NCBI RefSeq assembly: GCF_006345805.1
Contig: NC_043003.1
Coordinates: 12,276,001-12,340,000, forward strand
Origin: Octopus sinensis
Lineage: Eukaryota
Length of the DNA stretch: 64,000 nucleotides
Reading direction: 5' to 3'
Part shown: positions 24,533-37,662 of the stretch, in pieces
How positions within the stretch are numbered: the stretch's first letter is position 1
Layout: every line of letters starts with the position of its first letter
Notes under the pieces: model-generated
Seen by the model: only the letters and a program-made list of their open reading frames with translations
Told to the model about the DNA's origin: nothing
Database searches by the model: none
Position numbers and translations under genes: made by a program

Positions 24533-24880
24533 TAGGCACAGGCATGGCTGTGTGGTTAAGAAGCTTGCTTCCCAACCATGTGATCTCGGGTTCAGTCCTA
24601 CTGCATGGCACCTTGGGCAAGTGTCTTCTACTCTATACGTAAGCCAACAAAAACCTTGCAAATGGATTTGGTTGAAGGAAATCAAAAGAAGCAGGTCATG
24701 TATTTATATATTTACTGGGACATTGGGTAGGTGTCTTCTACTGTAGCCCCTGGCTGGCCAAGATTTTGTAAGTGGATTTGAAGGTTGAAAGAGGCCTGTC
24801 TTACATGTGTGTGAGTGTCAGTGTACACATGTATGCATGCGTGTGTGTGTGTGCATATTTGTGTTCCCTTGTCTTGATAT
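24533..24880 (+). mobile_element. two tandem family A 5' fragments
   Basis: GGGCAAGTGTCTTCTACT / GTGTCTTCTACTGTAGCC core occurs twice. Confidence 0.65.
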
Positions 24881-24913
24881 TGCATAGAAGTTGTGGATGA
24901 GTATCTCTGTGAA

Positions 24914-25200
24914 GGCACATAGCCTAGTGGTGAGAGCAGTGGACTCGCGGTCGAGGGATCGCGAGTTCGAATATCAGACGAGGCGATGTGTGTGTTTATG
25001 AGCAAAACACCTAAGCTCCACGCAGCTCCAGCAGAAGGTAATGGCCAACTTCTGCTGACTCTTTCACCACAACTTTCTCTCAGTCTTTCCTCCTGCATCT
25101 TGCAGCTCACCTGCGACAGACCGGCGTCCTGTCCAGGTGGGGAACCTATACTCCAAAGAAACCGGGAACTGGCTCGAGAAGAAACAAACAACAAACAATG
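24914..25200 (+). mobile_element. family C tRNA-derived SINE
   Basis: TAGCCTAGTGG A-box, GAGTTCGAAT B-box, central GCGACAGACCGGCGTCCTGTCCAGG..GAAACCGGGAA, (AAAC)n tail; copy at 50865-51170. Confidence 0.8.
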
Positions 25201-25705
25201 AGCATCTCTGTCATACAAGCAGTGGCATTCATTGGCAATAGGTGAGGGTTGGTGTCAAGAAGGGCATCTGGTCACAGAAAATTTGCCTATAAACTCCATC
25301 TGACCCATGCAAGCTTGAAAAAGTGAACATTAAAATGTATCCTTGTCTTGACATCGTGTGATAGCTGTAAATGAGCATCACCATCATACACGTAATGTTG
25401 TTTATTTCCATTCTTCCATGAGAAATATGTCTGAGCAAAGGGAAATATTGCTTTGCTTGGAAACAGGTGACTGTTAACAACCTGAAGGACATCTAGCCAC
25501 AGAAAATGTGTCTCAGCAAGCATGAAAGAATGTGTTTTAAATGATGATGCTATTTATCTAGACAGACTCCAACCTATTTATGTAGAATCTTTCATTATTG
25601 GTTAAGTTCATTTTCACTAATGAGAAAGTTTTCTCTCATGTATTGGTGTGCTATCCAGAAGATTGGTCTCATCTACTTACCATCATGGAAATGTAGAGAT
25701 CTAGT

Positions 25706-25950
25706 GCAGGTGTGGCTGTGTGGTAAGAAGCTGGCTTCTCAACCATGTGGTTCTGGGTTCAGTTCCACTGCATGGCACCTTCGGCAAGTGTCTTCTTGGT
25801 GTGTTTATGTCCCCCGTAACTTAGCGATTCAGCAAAAGAGACTGATGGAATAAGTACCAGGCTTACAAAGAATAAATTCTGGGGTTGATTTGTTCAACTA
25901 AACGTGGTGCTCCAACATGGCCACTTTCAAATGACTGAAATAAATAAAAG
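25706..25950 (+). mobile_element. family A SINE with internal deletion
   Basis: Head joined to tail, microsatellite region missing. Confidence 0.7.
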
Positions 25951-26263
25951 AATTAATTCTTTAGTTCAAACTATTCAACTAGTTCAAACTAGAATAGTTT
26001 GTTCTAAAGGTAACATTATTTTCTTAGAATGCTATGAACACAAACAGTTTAGGAATTACATTCTTTTTTTTAAACAAAATTCGTATTATTGTATTGCTAT
26101 ATATATTTTATTTTAAAGATAAAAATAGTGATGATGGTGGGATAAATATGTGTATCTTATTCAGTTGAAAGTAAAATGATAAATTGGTTGATCTTTGTAA
26201 TAAGATTTTGGAAATGAACTTGCCTTGCAAGTAATTTTGTCTGTGACTGTGTTGAAGCTAAAA

Positions 26264-26521
26264 CAATTACAGCATGGAAGACTCATATTATTCATTCAAA
26301 AACACATGCAAAGACTGTTAACTTCACTTAAACATTTATTATTTGGTATCAGAATTTTTGTCATACCAATTGCCACCTGGCACTGACACGGTTCCACTGC
26401 AATTCATCTGTTGCAGTGGAAGTGTATCAGTGACCACATCACAATGGTGTGACAAGAATTTTAACACCAAATGAAGTCAACAGTTTTTGTGTGTTTTTTG
26501 AATGGCTCCATTCTGTAATTG
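26264..26521. mobile_element. fold-back MITE with long imperfect inverted repeats
   Basis: CAATTACAGCATGGA..TTCAAAAACAC..ACTGTTAACTTCA pairs with TGAAGTCAACAGT..GTGTTTTTTGAA..CTCCATTCTGTAATTG; inner TTCCACTGCAA/TTGCAGTGGAA. Confidence 0.7.
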
Positions 26522-26624
26522 CTTGTAATAAGAGGAATCTATTAAAAAAAGTGATTGGTTCTATTAAATGTTTTCTGTAGAATCTCATTTATTTCAAATA
26601 GATCTCGAATGTTTTTTTTTTTTA

Positions 26625-26950
26625 TTTGAACGAGGTTGTTGCCAAAATAAAAACATTCGAGCAAGGTCGTTGCCAGTGCCACTGGACTGGCTCCTGTGCA
26701 GGTGGCACATAAAAAGCACCGTTTGAGCATGGCCATTGCAAGTACCGCCTGTCTGGCCCTCATGCCGGTGGCACGTAAAAGCACCCACTACACTATCGGA
26801 GTGGTTGGCTTAAGGAAGGGGCATTCAGCTGTAGAAACTCTGCCAGATCAGATTGGAGTCTGGTGCAGCCATCTAGTTTGCCAGACCTCAGTCAAATCAT
26901 CCAACCCAGGCTAGCATGGAAAGCGGACATTAAACAATGATGATGATGAG
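26625..26950 (+). mobile_element. RTE LINE 3' UTR fragment with about 2 minisatellite units
   Basis: Same family as 4022-5008; (GAT)n tail. Confidence 0.8.
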
Positions 26951-27070
26951 ATCTATGAATGGGGACATATAGAGTTAAATACTCTGCTCAGAAATACAAT
27001 GAAAAGTCTGTAGCAGATTTGAATTAACATCTCATACATGCTTATATTTGCCTTTATCTAGAATTAGTTA

Positions 27071-27251
27071 CCATATTTGATGGCATGTAAGATAGACTTT
27101 TTTCCAAAAAATCTCAAATCATCCTGGATCTTGAATGCAAAGTTGGGTCTCCCATACGCTAAATTTATCCCTGGTATTCTTTTCTTGAATATATCTTGCT
27201 GAAATTAGGGTGCTTATAATGTCTGTGCATCTTCTATGCCATCAAATACAG
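27071..27251. mobile_element. Tc1/mariner-type MITE
   Basis: TA flanks; TIR CCATATTTGATGGCAT / ATGCCATCAAATACAG; second copy at 59429-59621. Confidence 0.7.
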
Positions 27252-27782
27252 TATACTAAAGAATGTTATTGATTTTTGAATTGCCAACACAAAGAAGAGA
27301 AAAAAAAAAACACAGAATGTCAAGTTGACCATTACCAAACTTGAACTGGTGTCATGAAGTCTAACAGCTTATCATGAAGTCCCTGACTAATCATGAATAA
27401 ATAGTATCTCTAAAATGCCAAATTATAGATATTATTTTATATTGATTCCTGAAGGGATTAGTACTTCATCAGTGGCAAATAAACATTTATGTATTTATTC
27501 ATTCTTGTAATAGTATAGCTTGTTAACGGCTTTATTTTCATATTTTTTCCTATTGATATTATTCATATAACACACTGATATTATGTAAATAGTATCAGTT
27601 ACAATCCATTTAATTATTTTATTATGTACCTAGACTGTATATTATCTAATATGTACAGTATGATAGAATTGTATTAAGCCTGATAGAACTTAAACTTAGA
27701 AATATATGCTATGTATAATACTAAAACTCTGCTCTAATTTACTCTCTTAAATTGTTATTTTCATTTAATTAATATATATTTG

Positions 27783-28170
27783 AAGGCAGTGAGCTTACAG
27801 AAACATTAGCATGCCGGGGGAAATGCTTAGCAGTATTTCGTCTGCTGTTACGTTCTGAGTTCAAATTCCGCTGATGTTGATTTTTGCCTTTCATCCTTTT
27901 GGGGTCGATAAATTAAGTACCAGTTACACACTGGAGTTGATGTAATCGACTTAATACCTATGTCTGTTTGACCCTCTGTGATTAGCCCCTTGTGGGTAGT
28001 AAAGAAATAGGTATTTCGTCTGTCTTCACGTTCTGAGTTCAAATTCTGCTGAGGTCGACTTTGTCTTTCATCCTTTCAGGGTTGATGAATTAAGTACCAG
28101 TTGCTTGCTGGAGTTGATCTAATCAACTGGCCCCCCCCTCCCTCAAAATTTCAGGCCTTGTGCTTATAAT
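27783..28170 (+). mobile_element. dimeric family B SINE
   Basis: Nin/Deu-like block occurs twice, second starting at GGTATTTCGTCTG (about 28011); two different tails. Confidence 0.8.
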
Positions 28171-29521
28171 AGAAAAGAACATATGTGAGCTTTTAATTTT
28201 TTTAATGTTTCTCTTTGATAAAATATAGATTGTGGAAAGAAAAATGCTTAATTATAGATTTTAGGATTTTATCCTTTTTTTAGTGAGCTCACTAATCTAT
28301 AAATATAAATTTCACATGGGTGATTCTTTCTTGTCTTGGGATTCATGGTCGAATAGCTGGGTGGAATTGCACGAAAAATTAAACAGATGTATAGAATGAT
28401 CTGGTGGTGATGCTGAGCTTTGTATTTTTTCATAGCTCCCATGGTTACCGAGATAATCTACTATAATAATACTTTTGTGTTTATGAATGAGAAAGGAAGG
28501 GTTGATAGATGAATAAGGAAGGAAGCGGTGATGTCATATTTTTTTTATAGCTCCCATGGTTACCGAGATAATCTACTATAATAATACTCTTGTGTTTATG
28601 AATGAGAAAGGAAGGGGTGATGTCATACTTGGTAGTGGGATGATGAAAATTGTATGCTGAAAAAATAAATCAAACAGCGTTTCAACTCTGTGAATATATG
28701 TGTATGTGAAAGGTGGGGTATGTGAATGAGTGCGTGTGCAATGGAGGTGGAATGGTTCATCTTCGTTCACTTAGTATTTGGATTTATTTTTTGATTTGGT
28801 TGAATCTTGGTTGTTTTTTTTTTTTGTTGGTCAGTTATTTTTAGCATTTTGACAGAAAAAGTCATTCTAAGATTGTTTTTTAATGTAAGCGTGCCCAAAC
28901 AAGTTGAATGCTTACACAGAGCAGGTTTTACAACCACATCGTCCAAACCAACTGGGTGAAACCGGGCTTAGCTGCTAGTTTAATATAATATTCAGTCATT
29001 CTTCTATAGCTGTTAGAATCAATTTAGTGAGGAACAACAACTCATGTGAGATTGTGAAGACATCATGTACATGAGGAATTTATTCCGATATGGAATGGAA
29101 GTTTTTATGCAGCTTATACATTATCATTGAATAGAACAGAATGGAATTTGAATAAGGGAATGTATTCCATGACTTGTGAAGGGGATTAAAGAAAATTCAA
29201 TCATCATGAAGTGGTCTTATAGCAAGGTACAGAGATGGAGAACACCATGGCTAGTTGCAGGCAGCGTGTGAGAGAAAGAAAATGTTACCTTTCCGTGCAC
29301 GTCTTTTATAGCTAGGTAACGAGCGCCACCTAGCTGCTAGTGATGCAACAGGGGAGATAATTATTGACGACTCCTATTGAAACATGACGTCACTGATTCA
29401 AATAAGGTTGCTTACACTTTGTATATTTCTGCTCACCAAAGCAATAAATGGGAGATGGTTTGTAATAACAACTAAAGTAGAACTTTAGAGTAATGTACAC
29501 AGACTTTTTTCTCCCCTCCTT

Positions 29522-29945
29522 TATATTTCAGTCATTGGATTGTAGCCATGTTGGGGCATTGCCTTGAAGGGTTTAGTCAAACAAATTGACACAGTAGTCA
29601 TATTTTTACAGTCTGGTACTTATTGTATTGGTCTCTTTTGCTGAACTGCTAAGTTACAGTGATGTAAACAAACCAACACTGGTTGTCAATTGGGGTTGGG
29701 AGTCGGGTGACAAACTCAAAAACACTCACACACACACATGTATACAGTAAGCCCCCACACAGTTTCTGTCTAAATAATTCATTCACAACACATTGGTTGG
29801 CCTGGGGTTATATCATCAACATCATTTATAACAGAAGACATTTATAACAGAAGACATTTATAACAGAAGACATTTGTCCAAAGTGCTGTGCAGTGAGATT
29901 TAATCTAAACCCAGGTGATTCCAATATGAGAGTCTTAACCACAAG
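29522..29945 (-). mobile_element. family A SINE with a 16-bp triplication
   Basis: Family homology; CATTTATAACAGAAGA x3 at 29823-29870. Confidence 0.7.
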
Positions 29946-30035
29946 AAAAAAATAGTTAAAGAATAAGAAAAGAAAGAAAGCAGCAAATATTTTATCATTT
30001 GACAATGTAGTTCTATGCTAGGACAGATACTCTCT

Positions 30036-30430
30036 CTTTACTTGTTTCAGTCATTTGCCATGTTGGGGCACCGCCTTTAGTCAAGCAAATCGACCCCAGG
30101 ACTTATTCTTTGTAAGCCTAGTACTTATTCTATCGGTCTCTTTTGTCGAACCGCTAAGTGACAGGGACGTAAACAAACCAGCATCGGTTGTCAAGCGATG
30201 TTAGGGGGACAAACACAGACACACAAACGTATACACACATATATATATATGTATACATATATATGACGGGCTTGTTTTTTAGTTTCCATCTACCAAATCC
30301 ACTCACAAGGCTTTGGTCGACCTGAAGCTTTAGTAGAAGACACTTGCCCAAGGTGCCACACAGTGGGAATGATCCCAGAACCATGTGGTTAGTAAGCAAG
30401 CTAATTACCACACAGCCACACTTGCACCTA
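30036..30430 (-). mobile_element. family A SINE, full length
   Basis: Family homology. Confidence 0.85.
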
Positions 30431-32039
30431 TTTAGTTTTGAAATACAAATTTTCCCTATTTTGTGGCCAGGGTGATTTATTGAAACATTTATTAGACAAA
30501 CTAAAGAGTTAAGTCAGTTTCCAGAATTCCATAATAATTAAATTTTTTTTTTTAAATTTCAATTTAATGTTTTCCATTTAAAGTAATTTTTGTAGTAAAA
30601 AAATTTTTTTTATTGACAGACTTGAATGCTTACCTCTCTTTATTTCGGTAATCTGTTTCTCTGAACTTGCTTAATTTATTCCCCACTCCTAAACTCAACC
30701 CATTGCATTCATCTTGTCACCACTCCCACTGCATCTCATCTGTCAGACATCAAATTAACATTTGGTTCCATTTGCACTCCCCTAGAAGATATGTTGCCCT
30801 CGCCTCTCCTAGTTATCTTGATCCCCTGTGTTAGGGATGCCTAATTTTTGACTAACAAAGAGACTAATTAAGAAGAAAGTGCTTGCATTGCCATACACAT
30901 AGTCTCCATAAGGTAGGAATTAAGACTCAACTCATAAAAGCTGGGTTGTCAATGACTGTTAAAATACTTGCTAGCCTTAGAAAGTAATTCCAGTTTCCAT
31001 GGAAACAATATTACAAAAAAAAAAAAGACATGATGATGCATTCATATTCACATCATCTTTTGCTCTTCCTTCAAGAAAGCAGAATGTGTGTAACATTTAA
31101 AGTTTAGTTGCTTTCATAAGTTGATTAGGTGTGATCTCACTCCATTCCTCCTAGTTTTTGTACTTATTTTCACTCCTATTATGTAGAACACAAGCCTTAT
31201 TACATCACCTTTCGGTATGAAGAATTGCTATTAGCCAGCATGGAAATTTTTGAAATTTCTTCTTTCATTCTTAACAATAATGTTAACTCCAGTGTTATTA
31301 CACAAGATCTTAGAACTCTTAGATTGACTAACAATCACAAAATACTAAAGCTGTTTAAATGTCAGCTCACACTATATCCTTGGTAAAGACACCTACAATA
31401 ACCTAATTCACCTGTAGTGGGAATGCAGTTCTTTGTTTTAAACAGCTGGAACATCAGGTGACCAAAGCTTATTTCATTAACTTGTAGTTATATGTTCATA
31501 TTCTCCTGTCGGCAAAATCAGTCATAGATTGAGATATCTGTTCAGTGTAATATCATAAAAGCTGGAAATCTATCAAGCAGAAAGTATCAGTCATAAAATT
31601 AGATTCAATCAATAGTGTTACCTACCTCTTTCTCTTAAATATGTCATAAAGTTGGTGCAACTTCTAATATTACTGTTGACAATAATTTATGTGTTTTTAT
31701 ATCCATTTTCCTGTGCTGGCATTTTTATGGTTGGATGTTCTTCTTGCCACCAACCATTACCTGTTTGCAAATACAAGATTTTTTAATTTTTTTTATTACT
31801 AACAAAAGCACAGAGCAATGTGATATGATATTCCCCAGGAATGTAAATATGACTACACCATTTCTAATTTAGATGATCTCATGCAAAGAAGTGGAAATAA
31901 TAACTTCATGCATACATACACAAACATACAAACAAATGCATACATACACACATGCATGCACGCATATATACATACATGTGTGCTCACATGCTACTTTGAG
32001 TGCCATGTATCCAAATTGAACTTAAGACCATTTGGTTAC

Positions 32040-32258
32040 TCTTTTACTCTTTTACTTGTTTCAGTCATTTGACTCTGGCCATGCTGGAGCACCACCTTTA
32101 GTCGAGCAAATCGATCCCAGGACTTATTCTTTGTAAGCCTAGTACTTATTCTATCGGTCTCTTGTTGAACCGCTAAGTTACGGGGACATAAACATACCAG
32201 CATCAGTTGTCAAATGATGTTGGGGGACAAACACAGACACACAAACATATACACACTC

Positions 32259-32289
<31 letters not shown>

Positions 32290-32450
32290 TACGATGGGCT
32301 TCTTTCAGTTTCTGTCTACCAAATCCACTCACAAGGCTTTGGTCAGCCCGAGGCTATAGTAGAAGACACTCGCCCAAGATGCCACGCAGTGGGACTGAAC
32401 CCGGAACCATGTGGTTGGTAAGCAAGCTACTTACCACACAGCCACTCCTA
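32040..32450 (-). mobile_element. family A SINE, full length
   Basis: Family homology, low divergence. Confidence 0.9.
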
Positions 32451-32599
32451 TGCAAATTTTTTAATCACATAGTTATGCCTACTTTTCCAAAGTTGCCTTT
32501 CATTCTTCCAGGGTTAATAAATAACTACCAATCAACTACTGTTATAACCACAAACATGTATGGCTTTGTTCCTAAATTATAAATGAATATTGAAATATT

Positions 32600-32790
32600 A
32601 ATTTCAAATTTTGTCACAAAGCCAGCAATTTCATCGAAGGGGTAAGTTGATTACATCTACCTCAGTGCTCAACTGGTACTTACTGTATCGACCATGAGAG
32701 GATGAAAAGCAAAGTCAACCTTGGTGGAATTTGAACTCAGAACACAAAGACGGATGAAATGCTGCCAAGCATTTTGCCTGCCATGCTAAC
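32600..32790 (-). mobile_element. family B SINE variant
   Basis: CAACTGGTACTTA..GATGAAAAGCAAAGTCAACCTTGGTGGAATTTGAACTCAGAAC. Confidence 0.75.
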
Positions 32791-32807
32791 AATTCTGCCA
32801 TCCCTGC

Positions 32808-32935
32808 CGGAGCCTCGTGGAGCTTTAGGTGTTTTCGCTCAATAAACACTCACAACGCCTGGTCTGGGAATAGAAACCACGATCCTACGACCGCGAGTCC
32901 GCTGCCCTAACCACTGGGCCATTGCGCCTCCACTC
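32808..32935 (-). mobile_element. family C-like SINE head
   Basis: GGAGGCGCAATGGCCCAGTGGTTAGGGCAGCGGACTCGCGGTCG.. on -; CpG-rich. Confidence 0.75.
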
Positions 32936-35099
32936 CATCTCACCTGACACACCTGTAACTACCATTGTACTCTATTTGCACCTTAAGACTATTTGGTTTT
33001 ATTTTGATTTTTGACATTTTGTTCCTTTACTATTGCTGATACAGACCTACAAGTAGATTTTTCAGATTCTAGGTTTCATATTCATTCATTCTTCAGCAAA
33101 TTTGATTAATTAAATACAAGTAATTAAGAGTGAACTCTTATCTTACTTCAGGCATTTTATTTTATCAGAATAGCTATGCAGGTAAGTTACCTGTAATAAA
33201 CTGCCTTGAGCTAAACCTTAGCTTAGTGACTTACTAAATAGTTTATGGAAAGATATTTTTGTTCTTGTTATAAATGCTGTCAGTATGAACATCACACAAT
33301 CTCGTTTCTCCAGTTCTATAAATTTAAAATATTTTATCTCTTTAATAAATTATTATAACTTGGGATATATTGTTTGAAACTATATCAGTCTTTTTTTTCT
33401 CCCCCCAACTTTGAGAGACATCATCAAAGTTTTTATTAACCAAAGCTGTATCAATAAATCTGTTCACTGAGAAGCGACTGAGCTGCCAAACAACAACAAC
33501 GACAACAACAGCAACAAAATAACTGACATAACAGAATTCATCTATTGATTCAACTAAAATTTAGCTGACATTCATAATCTTTGAATTTCATATGTCTGCA
33601 TCTGTTATCTGTTGTATCAGCACAATATTTCGAAAGTTTTCTTCAATATTTCTGCCAATGCACACACCACTTATTTATTATCCATATAAGTTGCTCTGGC
33701 TTTTTAAACAAAACAAAATTTCATAGAATGTCTGTGTGTTTTGTTCAAGAAATCCTTGACTGTTCCATTTTATCATTGATATTTCTCCATTAAATATCAC
33801 TGCCTAAAATGAAATCTCTGCTTGAAATAAATCTACTTTCCTGAATTTCTTCTCTATTGTAACATATCAAGTTTAGAGGGAATGTTTTAATCTTTACTTT
33901 TCTTTCTTTTTCTTTTTTTTTTTTCTGAAAGAAAAGCACTGATAATATCTTTGAGAACTTCAACTTTAAAAAACAAAATGGGATTTTTGTCACACATGAT
34001 CAATAGCTAAAATGTCAATGGCATAACATTAAGAGGTCGATATGTCTCTGACAGTTCAAGGTGACCAAATGTAATGTAAACATATGGAGGAGGTTTTATT
34101 TTAAAGAACAAAATGTCTATCTTTAGTCAGGCGATTTGATGTCTTTTACTAAGATGTATATTTCGTCTACTTTTCAAATTGATTGTTTCATACATATCGC
34201 TTTATACGGAATATTGATTAGACACAGTTGTTTGAATGCTGATGATTTAGCTTGGCTAATTGGACATTCAACCTGTTTTGGTGACAGTACATTTTGGCAC
34301 TTGAGGCAAACACACTCACACACACACAGAGGCATGTGCAGATGTATATATATAAAAAAGAAAGTGAGAGACAGAGAAAGAGAGACATTACAATATATTA
34401 ATTGAACATGATTGACATAAACACCTCCTCTCTCCTCATACACGTCAAGAGAAATATGTTCACTCACATAAACAGAGAGAGAGGAAGAGTAAGAATGAGA
34501 TAAATATTAAAATGAAAGACGTTAAAATGTTTGGGTTCAAATAAGTCTGTGTCAAGTCAGCAATTCCAAATAGGCAGTGCCAATATGGCTGTGCCAAAAC
34601 ATCTCATACTTTGTTATATCATCATCATTAAGATCCCTTAACTTATACAGTCAACCATTAGGGTGCCACTCTAGATGCTTTCATAGCCAGTCGTCACCAC
34701 TGATTTTTGTTCTTTGTTATGTATAACAGGTTTCTGTGTTGTGACCTGATATTTCTATATATTTTTCCATATTTTCCAAGATTCTCTTTTCCACCATAGA
34801 ATTTTTGGCTAAATTTCAGTTTATTGTAGTTAGATTTTCTTGGAATAATATATTGAACTTAACACTGATTTTTTTTTTATTTAACTTTTTTGATACCTAC
34901 TTGGAACTATGTAGACTCAACCAATGAAAGTTGAGTGTTGTGACCATAGATACAACTGAATACAGGTGACAGTGTATTAACCATTGACCTTTTGCCAGGG
35001 TGTTTTGGTTACAATATTGACTTCCATCCATCCATTTTCTCTACCCAGTATTCCTGATAAGGTCACGAAAGTAGAGCCCACAAGTACCTGCTCTGTATA

Positions 35100-35250
35100 G
35101 AGTCTCATCAGAAATTTCCCAGCTTAACCAACTGAAATTATGGATGTTGTCCAACTATCCTGCTCTTGGTCTGCCCTTAGGTTTCCTGATGGTTGGTTCA
35201 GCTTTAAAAATTTGTCTTTTGATTGTTTCCTGTGGCATTCTAATCATGTC
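35100..35250 (-). pseudogene. RTE LINE fragment, same family as 21100-21430
   Basis: MIRMPQETIKRQIFKAEPTIRKPKGRPR on -; a further fragment at about 52700-52805 (+). Confidence 0.7.
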
Positions 35251-35664
35251 TGTCATACAGGAGCTGTTAGAGCGCAATGGACATGCATAGAATATCAAGT
35301 TCTTTGTATGTAATTTCTTTTTGTGAGTGATTGATTAGTTTAACAATAAGTGTATATGTGAATATGTTTGTATTTGTTCATGCCTATGTAAACTTTAAAA
35401 AACTAAGATGTATTAATTTACCCTGATCAGAATTGTACTCTTGAATTTCAGATCTACTTTATAACATACCATCATCATCATCATCATCATCACCATCATT
35501 TAATGTTCGTCGTCCATACTGATTGGAACATTATTGTTTAAAAGCTTTATAGTGGAAAATTTTATGTATGATTGCATGTGGCTATATATATATATATATA
35601 TATAATATATATATATATATGGTGTATATAATTATAAAATTGTATTTTAGTGTATTTGTATATA

Positions 35665-35893
35665 TATTTCTTTACTACCCACAAGGGGCTAAACACAGAG
35701 GAGACAAACAAGGACAGACAAAGGGATTAAGTCGATTACATCGACCCAGTACGTAACTGGTACTTAATTTATTGACCCCGGAAGGATGAAAGGCAAAGTC
35801 GACCTCGGCGGAATTTGAACTCAGAACGTAACGGCAGACGAAATACGGCAATGCATTTCGCCCGGCGTGCTAACGTTTCTGCCAGCTCGCCAT
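35665..35893 (-). mobile_element. family B SINE, near full length
   Basis: Near-identical to 46171-46397 in reverse. Confidence 0.9.
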
Positions 35894-36719
35894 GTATGTG
35901 TATATAGACATTCACACACCTCTACACTTGAGTGTTGTGTGTGTGTGTGTGTGAACATACAGAACAATTGAGAGAAAAAGTCTGTAGCAAGGCAGAGACT
36001 TTTATGGCTCCCAACTGTAATGATTAAAACCAAAACCTCTACTTTTTATTATAACCTCTTTATTATTTTATTGTGATATTATATATATTTTATTTTATTT
36101 TAATCTGTTACAACTCAGTTGTTACTGTAACTGTTTATTATTAAAATCATAGAATGAATGTGCTTTCACTTCTTCAGAAATACTTTGCCTTCCTTTTTAT
36201 GTACAAAGTTTATTATATTTTGACTGAGTTCTGATTCGATGTGGAATCAAGCTAAGATCACTAGGTAACCTTGTGACTTGATCATTCTGAGAGAATTCTT
36301 CATAAGTATAACTCAGACATCTTCTTGAAAACTTTTAAAATAAAAAACCTTATCCTGTTATGATTCTTTCTGTTATAGTTTTCCCCCTTACTTTAGAGAG
36401 TTCTTCACTTTTTTTTAAAATGAATGTAAACAAGGTTAGTACAATTCTTGTGATCCCATGTGTTTCAAAACTGACTGACTGATGCAGTCCCATGTGGTAT
36501 GTCTTGTACAGGAAGTTAAAAGTTAAGCTTACTGAATGAACATTCTATTGAGACTAGTGCTGCAGGCATCAGAGTGTGATGATTGGGCTTAGCTGTTTGA
36601 TGGTTGATGATTTGATGTTGCTGACTGGGAAGTCAACCGGTTTTTGGTGCTGGAGACAAACACACACATGTATGCACATAGAAATATACACATACAGAGA
36701 TTACACATACCTACAAACA

Positions 36720-37022
36720 TTAGGAGCACTCCGTCGGTTACGATGACGAGGGTCCCAGCTGATATGATCAACAGAACAACCTGCTCATGAAATTAATGTG
36801 CAAGTGACTGAGCATACCCCTGACGTAATTCTCAGGGAGATTCAGTGTGACAAGGCCGGCCCTTTGAAATACAGGTACAACTCATTTTTGCCAGCTGAGT
36901 GGACTGGAGCAACGTAAAATAAAGTGTCTTGCTCAAGGACACAACGCATCACCGGGAGTCAAACTCACGACCTTACATTCGTGAGCCGAATGCCCTAACC
37001 ACTAAGCCACGCGCCTTCACAA
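36720..37022 (-). mobile_element. family D SINE, full length
   Basis: GTGAAGGCGCGTGGCTTAGTGGTTAGGG head; GTGTCCTTGAGCAAGACAC core; GTAACCGACGGAGTGCTCC end. Confidence 0.8.
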
Positions 37023-37662
37023 GCATTACTAGATAGTCATATATACAGAGAAAGAAGAGGGCGAGAAAGATATTAAACACATAACTAAAGTCTCACACAC
37101 TTGAGAGAGAGAGAAAGAGAGAGGGAGATATTAAAATATGAGAAACATTAAAATGTTGGCTGTCAGCATTGAGTGACACCAAATTGGTGATGCCAAAAAT
37201 GGTTGTGCCATAGTGTCTCATACACTGCAGGTATTGCGATAAAAATCTGTAATGATGCACTAAGATTTGGAATTATGCTTTTCAACTTATAGCTGTATAT
37301 TTTGTTGAGTATATCTCTGGGTTTATGTTGTAGTTTTTCAAAGTTACTGCAGTGAAAGGTTTTTTTTGGGTTTTTTTTCTAGTGATTAATTCATTTGAAA
37401 GCTCTTGCTTCTTTACTGTTTACATCACTGTTGTCAATTTCTGCAAATGACATGTACTTTGTAGTTTGAAGATTTTCTTTTATCGACAGATATTGCTAGA
37501 AAAATGTAAAAGTATCGGAAATTTTGTCTGCAGCTTCAAATCTTTTTTTGCTAGATCACCAATGATAGAATTCGCAGTCCAGAATACTGATACTACATAT
37601 GTATTAAGATTTTTTTTTTTGCTTGGCACTGTTGATTAGTTCTCATGCAAAAGACTCACCAT

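Noticed and set aside
24914-24990. tRNA gene (also 32860-32935, 50865-50940, 2632-2692)
   Set aside because: tRNA-like heads run into SINE bodies and lack a complete acceptor stem
31187-31382. 65-codon open frame between AG and GTAAAG
   Set aside because: AT-rich and no recognisable homology; the opposite strand gives an equally plausible exon, so neither is supported
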